Shown here: piece by piece, positions 36,482 to 45,736 of the stretch
Position numbering within the stretch: position 1 is the first letter of the stretch
How the letters are laid out: each line of letters opens with the position of its first letter
DNA from: a virus
Lineage: Duplodnaviria; Heunggongvirae; Uroviricota; Caudoviricetes
DNA length: 64,000 nucleotides
Direction: 5' to 3' (one strand)
IMG/VR virus record: IMGVR_UViG_3300044765_000092
Coordinates: 94,679 to 158,678 of that record
Program-made: the position numbers and the translations under genes
The notes under the pieces: model-generated
Told to the model about the DNA's origin: nothing
Seen by the model: the letters and a program-made list of their open reading frames with translations, nothing else
The model's database searches: none

Positions 36482-38007
36482 GCGGCAAGCCTTTCCCGGA
36501 TAGCCGACAACCTGGGCTCGTTGTACACGATGCCATTCTTGTAGACGAGCTCGTGCTGGTCTTCGTAGTTGTTGGGCATTGTGCCATCTGTCAAGAAGTC
36601 CCAGACCTTGAGTTCGCCGTTGTCCAGGTTGCGAGCCAGGGTCAGCAGACCGGTACGTGACTTCTTGCCTGGATCAGTGACCGGATCCTTGGATGCACCA
36701 ATCCACACTTCCTGGTCGTCGGCGTAGTGATGTTCGCCGTCGAAGAACGAAGTGCCACGAACAACCCACAGGGCACAGATCTTCTGCGCCCACTTGTAAG
36801 TGTCGCGGTTGACCTTCTGCAGCAGAGCACCACCAGAACCGAACACGAAGTTGTCAGGCGCCCACCCAGCGACCATCATGTTGCCGAGGATCGTCTGGAT
36901 GGCCATCGTGTCGATGCCGTCACCCCACAGCACGCCAACACCTTTGAGCGTGCGATAGTGCTTGGCGTTCTCGGTGTAACCGTAGGCCGAAGCCAGTTTG
37001 GTCATCACCTTGGGAATGATCTCCAGCGGATCGCCACTGTCTGGCCGCAGGACCACCTTGAGCGCGTTTAGGCTCTTGACGTACTCGACCATTTCGGGTG
37101 AGCAGAACACGTCGAGCAGACGCCACATGTCGTAGCCATCGCACACGATGGAACAGATGGTGCCGGGTCGGGCGTTGGCCAGACAGGCCATCAGGTAGTC
37201 CTTGTCGGACTGTGGACCCGTGTTCCCATACTGCATCTGGATCGAGTGCTCCGACGCAAACACCGAGAAGGCCGACATCTCCTCGTTAAAGTAGTGGTTG
37301 GCGTGGACCACTCCCTCCACAGTGTCACTTCCCATGAAGTTGAACGTGTGCCGACTACCGCCGATCTCAGCCTGCTCGCCACAGGTGACGCCGCGACCCC
37401 CAAAGTCGTGTAGTGCAAACGGGAGCATGTCGAGCGAACAGCCGGCGAGTTCGTAGAAGTGCTTGATCTTGAGCTTGGCGTCGTAGTCGTTCGTGGCGAT
37501 CGTCGACGGATACCACGCGGCTCTGAGCGTCGGCGTCTCCATACCAGAGGCCATCCAGTGGAGGTCTGGGTCCGTGCAGGTGACCGTGTACATCGGGTCC
37601 TGGCCCCTGGCCTTGAAGCCGCCGGGCAGCGACCTGATGGTCAGCGGCACGTGTCCGTGGTACGTATTGACCACCTTGTTCCAGGCCTCTTCAGCAAACA
37701 GGGGTCGCCCAAAGTGCTTCTGGGCAAACGCCTTGGCACGGAGGACATCGTCGTTGGTGATGCGCTGCTTCACCAGATACTTTTCACAGAAGTCGTGCAT
37801 ATCGCCGGCGACGATCGTCTGCTGAGGACTGACGCGGGCAGTGCCGTAGGCCGACTGGCCGATGACATTGGGGTTTTGGGCGAACGGGTGACCGAACTTG
37901 TAGCTATCGGTCCGCAGGATCATGCTGAGAATCGGGTCGTCCTTGGCGATGTACGGGACATCGTCGTTGGAAGCGCCTTGGATGAATTGGTCGAGAGTGC
38001 GTGCCAT
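36478..38007 (-). CDS. nadV: Nicotinamide phosphoribosyltransferase (NAMPT)
   Basis: TDSYK, HDFGGRG, SEHS, IVCDGYD, RPDSGDP, WGDG, FGSGGALLQKVNRDT, SKDPVTDPGKKS. Confidence 0.95.
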   Translation of the reverse strand: MARTLDQFIQGASNDDVPYIAKDDPILSMILRTDSYKFGHPFAQNPNVIGQSAYGTARVSPQQTIVAGDMHDFCEKYLVKQRITNDDVLRAKAFAQKHFGRPLFAEEAWNKVVNTYHGHVPLTIRSLPGGFKARGQDPMYTVTCTDPDLHWMASGMETPTLRAAWYPSTIATNDYDAKLKIKHFYELAGCSLDMLPFALHDFGGRGVTCGEQAEIGGSRHTFNFMGSDTVEGVVHANHYFNEEMSAFSVFASEHSIQMQYGNTGPQSDKDYLMACLANARPGTICSIVCDGYDMWRLLDVFCSPEMVEYVKSLNALKVVLRPDSGDPLEIIPKVMTKLASAYGYTENAKHYRTLKGVGVLWGDGIDTMAIQTILGNMMVAGWAPDNFVFGSGGALLQKVNRDTYKWAQKICALWVVRGTSFFDGEHHYADDQEVWIGASKDPVTDPGKKSRTGLLTLARNLDNGELKVWDFLTDGTMPNNYEDQHELVYKNGIVYNEPRLSAIRERLAA

Positions 38008-38058
38008 GATAAGCTCCTTATCGTAGTGGCGGTGTTGAACGGCTGGCCCTTCGTCGGG

Positions 38059-38430
38059 TCAGTCGCGAGAGAATTTGTAGTGACGATCGATGTAGTCGAT
38101 CGGAATGCGCAGTTCCATGGCCAGATTGATTTCGTCGGCCACTCCAGTGGACACAGCGTAACCAGGATATCGGTAAACTATCAGCCGATCGCAACGCCGA
38201 AGCAGGTCACGTGAGTACTCCTTCCAGAAGGGGTAGTCAGCGCCCATCTCGGTGTCAGGAACCTGCTTGAGCACAAAATGGTTAAACAGCGGGCTGACGA
38301 TATGCCATTCTTGGCATTCACCACCTTCGCAGTCTTGGGTGTTTGCATCGCTGATCAACTGCATCAGTTCCTGCATCAGTTCTTCTTTGTTTTCGGCCTT
38401 GCTGTACGGGGCCGCGAGATACACGAGCAT
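38059..38430 (-). CDS. DUF1937 / nucleoside 2-deoxyribosyltransferase-like Rossmann protein
   Basis: MLVYLAAPYS...SPLFNH...LLRRCDRLIV...STGVADEI; AAGGAG RBS. Confidence 0.75.
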   Translation of the reverse strand: MLVYLAAPYSKAENKEELMQELMQLISDANTQDCEGGECQEWHIVSPLFNHFVLKQVPDTEMGADYPFWKEYSRDLLRRCDRLIVYRYPGYAVSTGVADEINLAMELRIPIDYIDRHYKFSRD

Positions 38431-38459
38431 TATTCGCTCCTTCTTTAGGTTTTGTAAGC

Positions 38460-38576
38460 CTACAGTGGCTTGACGCCGTAGACCTTTGGATCGTTGGTCT
38501 CGCGTGGGCGGATCAAGTACAGGTATGAACCTCCGCCCAAAATCCGAGACCAATATGCGTCGTCTGGTATGTCCAT
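38460..38576 (-). CDS. Small ORF (38 aa) below the track cutoff
   Basis: MDIPDDAYWSRILGGGSYLYLIRPRETNDPKVYGVKPL*, with GGAG RBS. Confidence 0.45.
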   Translation of the reverse strand: MDIPDDAYWSRILGGGSYLYLIRPRETNDPKVYGVKPL

Positions 38577-38632
38577 GGGTTACTCCGTGTAGATGGTTCC
38601 GGGTACTACCTTGAACTCGATTCGAGCGCTTT

Positions 38633-38662
38633 CGCTGACGTACATGACGCTGACGTACATGA
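38633..38662. repeat. 15-bp perfect tandem duplication
   Basis: CGCTGACGTACATGA x2. Confidence 0.85.
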
Positions 38663-38663
38663 T

Positions 38664-39887
38664 TCAGTCCTTCAGCTTGCTGACCATCGTCCGCAGGATC
38701 GGATCGTGATCCTCGAACCACTCATCTGGCATAGACAGCGCTCTGGCAATCGGGATCCACTGTGCGTCCAGCGTTTCGACCTCGACACCGCCACCCGGTT
38801 CCCCTTCTGGCACCTTTTGGCCGCTGACCACAGGCAGAGGCTTGGTGTCGTCGAGCTTGAACATGAAGCAGATTGTGAGTGTTCGTCCTCGGTTGCTACG
38901 TTCCGGATCGTCAAAGTATTCCCAGCAGACGACACTACCTCGGAGGATATCCTTGGTGATGTCGAGGGACCGCTTGCCGTCTGCTAGACGGATGCCAGTC
39001 TCTTCGGTGAGTTCTGCCAAAGCAGCTTCAAGCAGTCGCTGCTTGCCCTTGACAAATCCACCAGGGAGAGCCCACAGGCCACGCCCAGGATAATTGTTGC
39101 GTTGGACCGCGAGAATATGCCCAGACTGGACTACCACGCAGTCAACAGTAATGTACTGCGCCTCGTGATCAGGAGCACCAATGAATTGGTGCTTCGCCCG
39201 GTAGTCTTCGATGAACGCCCACTCAGCACACAGATCCTTGTACGAGTTGCGGTCACTGACGTGCAACGTACCGTGGACGTACTCCTGCAAGAACTGCAGA
39301 GTCGTTGGTGGAACATCCAGCCAGTCATCGGTTGCAAGATTCGGCGTCGCAGATGTGAACAGGCGGCGACGTAGGGCTGTGGCGTTTAAGTCCTTGCCAG
39401 CCGGAACCGGCGGTTTGAGTTCGAGCTTCCACCCAGGAAAAGCATGGAGGTACCACGTACTGTGATCGCGGTCACTGCCGACCAAAATGATCTCAGGGTC
39501 GTCCCAGTCCAGCGGGTTATTGGCGTCCTCTTCGACGTTCGATAGGCCAGTGCGAACAGCTTCTTGGACCGATTGGATCCACGCAGTGTCGTTGTACGGA
39601 TGATCTTGAAGTGGAAGTACTGACCACTCTTTCGTGCGAAAGGTGTCGTGCGCAGCAATCCAACGAAGAATCATGTCCTTGCGTTCGTCGAACGTGAACG
39701 GATTCTTGATGTTGCGCGATCTGAAAGATGAGCCCACTAGGATGATGACTGCGTCACCCTTGCGGAAAGCGTGCTGAAGATTCTCGACGTGTCCGTTGTG
39801 CAGGATCTGCATACGTCCAATATAGACGTAGACCTTGGGTCTACGCAGCGTCGGTTTGCTGAGCGTGATGGTCTTGCTGGTTGCCAT
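38664..39887 (-). CDS. nadM: Bifunctional NMN adenylyltransferase / ADP-ribose pyrophosphatase (NadM-Nudix)
   Basis: IGRMQILHNGH (HxGH) N-terminal domain; Nudix box GGFV...AALAELTEETG; RSNRGRT...FEDH. Confidence 0.93.
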   Translation of the reverse strand: MATSKTITLSKPTLRRPKVYVYIGRMQILHNGHVENLQHAFRKGDAVIILVGSSFRSRNIKNPFTFDERKDMILRWIAAHDTFRTKEWSVLPLQDHPYNDTAWIQSVQEAVRTGLSNVEEDANNPLDWDDPEIILVGSDRDHSTWYLHAFPGWKLELKPPVPAGKDLNATALRRRLFTSATPNLATDDWLDVPPTTLQFLQEYVHGTLHVSDRNSYKDLCAEWAFIEDYRAKHQFIGAPDHEAQYITVDCVVVQSGHILAVQRNNYPGRGLWALPGGFVKGKQRLLEAALAELTEETGIRLADGKRSLDITKDILRGSVVCWEYFDDPERSNRGRTLTICFMFKLDDTKPLPVVSGQKVPEGEPGGGVEVETLDAQWIPIARALSMPDEWFEDHDPILRTMVSKLKD

Positions 39888-39970
39888 GATAGCTCCTATC
39901 GTTGGCGGGTTAAAGGTGTAGAGCACTTCGGCGTGCCCTACACTGGTCATTTACAGTTCGTGGTGTGTGG

Positions 39971-40306
39971 TCAAGGACCAGACTTCACGATAGTGATCGG
40001 CTTGGACCCGATTGGGGCCGGGGCCGGTGTGGCAGCAGGAGCCGCCGGAGACGGGGCTGCTGGTGCTGGTGCTGTGACTGGAGTTGGAGCAGCTACCACG
40101 GTCTGCTCAACAGTGGTCGGAACGTTTTCCCAGTCGGTGTAGGCGGAGATCAGCGCATTGCCCATTTGAGCGTTGCACATGAGCTTTCGCACCTGAAGCA
40201 CGGGTTGACCCGTTGACACAACGACTCCAGTGGCTGTCACCGACTGCTGTGTCACGTAGCGAAAATCGAGATCCTGAAGGAACGGCAATACTGCTTGGCT
40301 GTTCAT
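39971..40306 (-). CDS. Hypothetical protein with P/A-rich tail
   Basis: AGGA RBS. Confidence 0.65.
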   Translation of the reverse strand: MNSQAVLPFLQDLDFRYVTQQSVTATGVVVSTGQPVLQVRKLMCNAQMGNALISAYTDWENVPTTVEQTVVAAPTPVTAPAPAAPSPAAPAATPAPAPIGSKPITIVKSGP

Positions 40307-40358
40307 CTGTAGTCCTACGAGTTAACTCCCTCGATCGTTGTTCTTAAGCACGATCAAA

Positions 40359-41891
40359 TTAACCCGTAGCTTTGACAAAGACCTCGCGCAGTGACTCCAA
40401 GTCAGCTGCGACTTTACGCACTGGCTTTTCCAGCCACGTCTGCAGTTCTTTCAGTTGGGCCTTTTGCTTCTTCAGTGTTTCCTGCTGCGCGGCCTTGTTC
40501 AGCGCGCTGAGTGTCCGCACCTGCCGATCGAGGATGATGTTGGCGTCGTCAACTGAGATCTTCAGCCCTTTTGCGATATGGGCTGCCGGATCCTTGGTCT
40601 TCAACGCATCGAAGATGACCTTGAGGTTGTCGGCCGCTAGGATCATCAGCTCGGTGAAGCGGATAGCCTTGTTCTGTTCACCGATGCGGTACTGAAGCGC
40701 TTTGGCCTCTGTCTTGCAGCGCCATTTGAGCCACTGGATCAGCAGCTGTGGTACGGTCCACGAGTGGAACTTCACGTTGATGGTGCCGGGTTCTTTCGGG
40801 TCCTTCGGGTGTGGAACGTACACACGTTCGGTCACATTCATCACGTAGGACATGGAACCCGACAGCAGCTTGCGGATCTTTTCGACGGCAGCTTTGAGCT
40901 GGACGTCAGGCAGCTTCTTGAGCGTAATCTCGAAGCTTATACCGTAAGCGTCTTTCTTGCTCGATGTGTTGTCTACTCGTTGTACGGCCGCCATTTCGCG
41001 CAGGCGATCAAACAGTTTCTCTGGCTTGGTTGTCCCGTCGGCAAACGTATCCCACCGAATAGTCCGCTTCTCCATGTTGATCTGGAGGTTTGGCTCGAAT
41101 TCGACGCGGCCGCGACCGGTCTTGTAGAACTCGACGATCGATCGGCGATTTTCTTTTGTGCGCTTGGCCACTCCACCATAGCGGTTCTTGAACACCAAAG
41201 CGTCGGCGAAGTCTTTGGCTTCCAGCTTCTCGTTCTTGAGCAAGCGTATGCACGTCTCGATGACGGACAGAGGCTCGTAGCTTGGAATGATGGCCGTGGT
41301 ACCGACCCCAATGCCAGCTTGCTCGCCTAACAGAAGGATGTTTGGCAGCGGCGTTGGGATCACGACGGGTTCTTGGTCTTTGTCGTCGTAGTTGGGCACA
41401 AAGTCCGTGATCGCCATGTAGGCTTTCTGGAACTGAAGTGCACCGATCTTCGATTGACGGACCTTGGTGTAGCGCATTGCCGCCGGCCCGTCGATAGGCG
41501 TACCCCAATTGCCATCGCCATCGATGAACGGAGTTGGCGCGTTGACCAGCGTGTCAATCGCTCCGTATACCGACGAGTCTCCGTGAGGGTGGAATCGGCC
41601 CAGAACGTCCCCTACCAGACGAGCGGCGGTGTGCCATCCGGTCTGGGGGAATTGCGACATCGAGTACATGATGCGACGGGCCACAGGTCGATAGCCATCG
41701 CGGTAGTCGGGCATTGCCCGGTTTTCGTTGACCTCGGAGCCATAGATCTTCATGGCCCATCTGGCGTAAGTCAACAGACTCTCAGGCCGAATGTTCTTTT
41801 TGTTGTTGGCCGTGCTGTTGTTGCTGCTTCCACCCACAGACTTGGTCGCAGTGCCAGATGTGTTGCGGTTCTTGGTCTTTGGCTTTGGCAT
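40359..41891 (-). CDS. gyrA: Type IIA topoisomerase subunit A (GyrA/ParC-like, no C-terminal pinwheel)
   Basis: DGYRPVARR, FHPHGDSS, AAMRYT (catalytic Tyr); only 510 aa. Confidence 0.93.
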   Translation of the reverse strand: MPKPKTKNRNTSGTATKSVGGSSNNSTANNKKNIRPESLLTYARWAMKIYGSEVNENRAMPDYRDGYRPVARRIMYSMSQFPQTGWHTAARLVGDVLGRFHPHGDSSVYGAIDTLVNAPTPFIDGDGNWGTPIDGPAAMRYTKVRQSKIGALQFQKAYMAITDFVPNYDDKDQEPVVIPTPLPNILLLGEQAGIGVGTTAIIPSYEPLSVIETCIRLLKNEKLEAKDFADALVFKNRYGGVAKRTKENRRSIVEFYKTGRGRVEFEPNLQINMEKRTIRWDTFADGTTKPEKLFDRLREMAAVQRVDNTSSKKDAYGISFEITLKKLPDVQLKAAVEKIRKLLSGSMSYVMNVTERVYVPHPKDPKEPGTINVKFHSWTVPQLLIQWLKWRCKTEAKALQYRIGEQNKAIRFTELMILAADNLKVIFDALKTKDPAAHIAKGLKISVDDANIILDRQVRTLSALNKAAQQETLKKQKAQLKELQTWLEKPVRKVAADLESLREVFVKATG

Positions 41892-41899
41892 GATCTCTG

Positions 41900-42178
41900 T
41901 CAGAGAGTGGCACGGACCACGAATCCACGCTCGTTCACTTCAGCGTTGTAGATCTGCTGGTTCATGCGCAAGTCGTTGCAGTTGATGCCCTGTGTGTCCT
42001 CGTTGACGAGGAAGCGCTCCTGATCATAGACCGACAGGTCCACGACATAGGCGGTGCCAAACCCAGGATAGACTTCGGTCACGACCAAGGTCTTGATCCT
42101 GCGTGGTTCGCCCGGCGAGTGCGGTTGTTGGATCGCGGGCAGCGGCTTTTGTTGCTGCGGATGGTCGTCGTTCATCAT
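41900..42178 (-). CDS. Small protein, possible OB/cold-shock-like fold
   Basis: VVTEVYPGFGTAYV...FLV...LRMNQQI; AAAGG RBS. Confidence 0.5.
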   Translation of the reverse strand: MMNDDHPQQQKPLPAIQQPHSPGEPRRIKTLVVTEVYPGFGTAYVVDLSVYDQERFLVNEDTQGINCNDLRMNQQIYNAEVNERGFVVRATL

Positions 42179-42552
42179 GTTGCCTTTACAGGTGTGTCAG
42201 CGTGGTTGTGTATTGCCATAGCCTCGATGAAGGCTGACAGCAGGGCTTCTTGGATTGCGCGAAGGCCAGACGTGCGACGCAGCTCGATCTTGACGGTGCC
42301 AATGTTGATCTGCAGGCTGATGTAGATGTCCTTTGCCTTGAAGTCCCGGGCCAGTGTAGTTGGCAGACGCAGAAACGCAGTGTGCAGCCATTCGGCTACC
42401 GCGCGAGTCCCTCCCGGAAACTTGGCGATCGACGGCATGGTCACGCCGCCGGGCTTTTCAGCATAGATCTGGTACTCCGAAATGTTTTTGACCGCCGGCG
42501 TCGTGTACAAGACTACCAACTTACCGATCTCTACCTTGACGTGGTTTGTCAT
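42175..42552 (-). CDS. Hypothetical protein between the topoisomerase genes
   Basis: AGGAG RBS; ATGA coupling. Confidence 0.7.
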   Translation of the reverse strand: MTNHVKVEIGKLVVLYTTPAVKNISEYQIYAEKPGGVTMPSIAKFPGGTRAVAEWLHTAFLRLPTTLARDFKAKDIYISLQINIGTVKIELRRTSGLRAIQEALLSAFIEAMAIHNHADTPVKAT

Positions 42553-42570
42553 CGTTGTCTCCTACTTGGG

Positions 42571-44493
42571 TCAAACACCCAGCAGCTCTCTACGGTACTC
42601 GGGGTCTTCACCCATGAGTTTGACGAACTCCACCTGATCGCCCTGTTTGATCGCCTGCAACTGCACCAGTCGCCGAGTCGCTGGATTAAAGGCCAGCGGC
42701 TCAAGCACGTCGGCATTGATTTGCCCCCAGCCCTTTATGTGCTGGATGTCCGTACCTTTGGGAACCTGTGCTCGCACTTCTTCCAGGGTGTCTCCAGTTA
42801 TGACCGCACCCTTGACCCGGGCGTAATATTCTGGTGCATCAACCACATAGACCATGCCGCGTTCGAACAGTTCGGGCAGGTACTTGTAGATCAAGGTGCA
42901 GTTCAACGAGTTGATGTGTTTACCGTCTGGGTCGGGGTCGGCCAACATCATGATCGCGCCTGTACGCAGGTTCTGCATCGGATCGCGTGCCTTGGGATCG
43001 TAGCCGATTGCGGCAAGAATGCCTATCACTTCCTCTGATGCCAGTGCCTTTTCTGGCGTTGCACGCATCGTGTTGATGATCTTGCCCTTGAGGGGTAGAA
43101 CTTCCTGGAAGCCCTTGTCACGCGCTTGCTTGGCCGTGCCGCCCGCCGAGTCACCCTCAACCAAGTAGGTCTCGCGCTCGTGAGGCTTTGCCCGTGGTGC
43201 CGATGCAAACTTTGCGCTCAGGCCCATAGTCTTTGCTCGGTTGAGCTCGCGCATCGCCGCCTTGTTCTTGGCGAACTGCTCTTTCAGGCCCTTGAGCTTC
43301 ATGGCTTGCTCACACAATGTGGCTGCCAGCTTCTTGTTCTTGTCGAAGAAGGTCTTGAAGGCAACGAGCAGTTCCTCGTACAGAGGTACCTTGGCTCGCT
43401 CGTCGACCAGCTTTTCCTTGGTCTGGCCCCCGAATTTCGGGCTGCTGAGTTTGCAGTTCAGCACGCCAACGATGCCTTCCTTCAAGTCGTGAACCGTGAA
43501 CTCCGCCTTCTTCTTGCCTCGACCCTTGGCGTAGGGCTTAATGGCGTGGGCCAATGCCTTGAACATCGACTCGGAGTGTGAACCGCCTCCGCTGTTCTTC
43601 AGACCATTCGTGTAGAACGAGGTCGCGTTGTCTGTGTAGTTGGTGAACACCAGCGCCAGATCGACGAGCGGGCTCGTGTGGAAGAACGGCTTGCCCAACG
43701 GAGTCGCACCCAGCGACTTGATCTGGTCCTCGATGTAGTCCTTTGGACCGTTCTCGTAGTAGAACTCACGCGATTTGACATCACCCTTTGGCGTCCTGGC
43801 CTCGACCAAGACCCGAAACTTCGGCAGCATGTAGGCCGTGAGCTTCGACCACTCGAACACCACACTGGCCGGGAATCCGTTGTTGCCAAGGAGCGTCGGG
43901 TCCTGCTTGAAATGGATGACGGTGCCACGTTTCGGGTGTTTGCCGTTTGGCAGCTTTGGGGCCTTGCACTTCTTGATGGCCTCAACTTCCTTACCCTTTT
44001 CATAGGCCGTCGTGTACCATTGACCCTGATAGCAGGTCCATACCTGGAAGCGCGAGCTCAGTGCGTTTGTCGCCTTGATGCCCACACCGTGCGTGCCACG
44101 ACTTGTAGCATACGCTTTGTTGTCGAACTTGGCACCAGCGTGAGTCAGACTGACCACCGCCTTGAGGGCTGTCACCTTGTGGATCTTGTGAGTGACCGGG
44201 TCTTCGACCTTGATGTCACCGACAGGGATACCTTGACCGTTGTCTGCCACCCAATGACCAAGACGTTGATCGATGTGAATGTAGCAAAGGTTGTTTCGCC
44301 CGGCCAACGCTTCGTCCACCGTGTTGTCGGCAGCTTCACGCAGGATGGTCCATGGCGCGAGATCAGCGTCCCCGACGTACATTTCGAACTTCGAGCGAAT
44401 CGCCGAAAGGCCCGACAGAGCCTTGACTTGTTTCTCGCTGTAGCCTTTGGCTGTGGGGCTGCCACTTCTGGTAGCCAGTGTTTTCTCAGCCAT
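42571..44493 (-). CDS. gyrB: Type IIA topoisomerase subunit B (GyrB/ParE-like)
   Basis: GHKL motifs EAADNTVDE, DNGQGIP, HAGAKF and GTHGVG; TOPRIM motifs EGDSA, PLKGK and DPDPDG. Confidence 0.95.
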   Translation of the reverse strand: MAEKTLATRSGSPTAKGYSEKQVKALSGLSAIRSKFEMYVGDADLAPWTILREAADNTVDEALAGRNNLCYIHIDQRLGHWVADNGQGIPVGDIKVEDPVTHKIHKVTALKAVVSLTHAGAKFDNKAYATSRGTHGVGIKATNALSSRFQVWTCYQGQWYTTAYEKGKEVEAIKKCKAPKLPNGKHPKRGTVIHFKQDPTLLGNNGFPASVVFEWSKLTAYMLPKFRVLVEARTPKGDVKSREFYYENGPKDYIEDQIKSLGATPLGKPFFHTSPLVDLALVFTNYTDNATSFYTNGLKNSGGGSHSESMFKALAHAIKPYAKGRGKKKAEFTVHDLKEGIVGVLNCKLSSPKFGGQTKEKLVDERAKVPLYEELLVAFKTFFDKNKKLAATLCEQAMKLKGLKEQFAKNKAAMRELNRAKTMGLSAKFASAPRAKPHERETYLVEGDSAGGTAKQARDKGFQEVLPLKGKIINTMRATPEKALASEEVIGILAAIGYDPKARDPMQNLRTGAIMMLADPDPDGKHINSLNCTLIYKYLPELFERGMVYVVDAPEYYARVKGAVITGDTLEEVRAQVPKGTDIQHIKGWGQINADVLEPLAFNPATRRLVQLQAIKQGDQVEFVKLMGEDPEYRRELLGV

Positions 44494-44542
44494 GTGTGTG
44501 TCTCTTGTAGTGAATCTACAGGTCATTTACAGTTGGAACCGG

Positions 44543-44968
44543 TCAGGACTCGTAGGCTTTGAGGAACGTGAGTGTCATGTTCTTGGTATGCCGGCGAACT
44601 GAAATCTCAACTGCGATGTTGTGCGCCCTGTACCAAGAGGTCAACTGGTCTCGTAGCTTTTGAATCCGGTCTTCAGCAGTGTCACGTGGGAAGGTGAAGG
44701 ACAGACTGTTGGCAGTGCGACTCGACGTGCCGATTTTCCATAGGACGGTCGTCACCTTGTGAACCATCTCTTCTTCCAGGGCCTCGAAATCCAGAATCTG
44801 GACTCGCACATTGTGCTTCTTGGCCAAACCGTAGAGCAATGGTCCGTAGTCTGCACTGATCTCTTGGTTGTGAACCCCCATCGCGTGTAGGATGCCATAG
44901 TCATCGTCGCTCTTGGGGTATAGCTTCCCCGAACGACGCACCATCTTGAGAGTTGAGTTCGTGGCCAT
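44543..44968 (-). CDS. Hypothetical protein
   Basis: Co-oriented ORF. Confidence 0.7.
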   Translation of the reverse strand: MATNSTLKMVRRSGKLYPKSDDDYGILHAMGVHNQEISADYGPLLYGLAKKHNVRVQILDFEALEEEMVHKVTTVLWKIGTSSRTANSLSFTFPRDTAEDRIQKLRDQLTSWYRAHNIAVEISVRRHTKNMTLTFLKAYES

Positions 44969-45040
44969 AATGGGGAACAGCCCCATGAGGGGCTGTTCAG
45001 TTCAGTTGAGTTGTGTGGTACAACACACGCGCGTTCGCCG

Positions 45041-45652
45041 TCAGGCGGACCCACGTGCGAGCCGAAGCTGGATCTCAGCCATCACGCGCTGCTGAACCCA
45101 TTCCGGCTTGGTGGACAGCTTCTGGTACTTGCGAGCAAGTCCCATCGTGTCCTGTTCGTTCATCGACTTCATGATCCCGCGAACGATGCGGTCGGTGTCG
45201 ACCCCGATGACGATCTGGATCTCGGCAGCCGGACACTTGGTGTTGCCCTTGCTGTAGTGGCACTGCTTGAACGATTGCTGCGCATGCGGCACCAGATGCT
45301 TGCATTGCAGACAGTTCTCGCAGAAGATCTCGACCATGCCGGTGGTGTCTGTGAGCGCGGCGCTGGTTTCGTCCAGAATCTCGCTCAGGTCCATCAGCTC
45401 GGGATTGCGGGCGATTTCGATCGTGTCGTCCGAGGTTGCGGAATCGTTGGCAGCTTGATGGCCTGATCCCGGCACCGACTCGTCGATGATGACTTCATCA
45501 GCTCCGTCATCATCGAGGAAATTGGGCACCGCGTCGTCACCGTCGCTGTCGACCTCTTCCGGTTCCGGGGCTACCATCGTGTCCGGGTCTGTTTGCACCG
45601 GAGCACTGGTCGCCACCGCGATACTGGCTTGGTGGGTGGTCGTCTGAGACAT
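45041..45652 (-). CDS. Hypothetical protein (acidic N-half, Cys/Zn cluster)
   Basis: CENCLQCKH...CHY...CPA. Confidence 0.7.
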   Translation of the reverse strand: MSQTTTHQASIAVATSAPVQTDPDTMVAPEPEEVDSDGDDAVPNFLDDDGADEVIIDESVPGSGHQAANDSATSDDTIEIARNPELMDLSEILDETSAALTDTTGMVEIFCENCLQCKHLVPHAQQSFKQCHYSKGNTKCPAAEIQIVIGVDTDRIVRGIMKSMNEQDTMGLARKYQKLSTKPEWVQQRVMAEIQLRLARGSA

Positions 45653-45736
45653 CTTGTTTCGCCCGGTCAGTTATTAGCCGACCGGGCCTGTTGGTTGACT
45701 TGTGGTACTGTGCGTAGTGATTAGCTCACCCGCTGA

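Noticed and set aside
38431-38721. N-terminal extensions in the ORF track (e.g. 38059..38721, 32393..33265, 53572..54222, 57140..57925, 57922..58557, 63045..63656)
   Set aside because: They overlap upstream genes and are not protein-like; internal Met codons with an RBS were used as starts.
24224-44493. Introns/inteins or unusual cofactor class in nrdA, nrdB, gyrA and gyrB
   Set aside because: The ORFs are uninterrupted and of normal length; NrdB retains all di-iron ligands and the radical Tyr.
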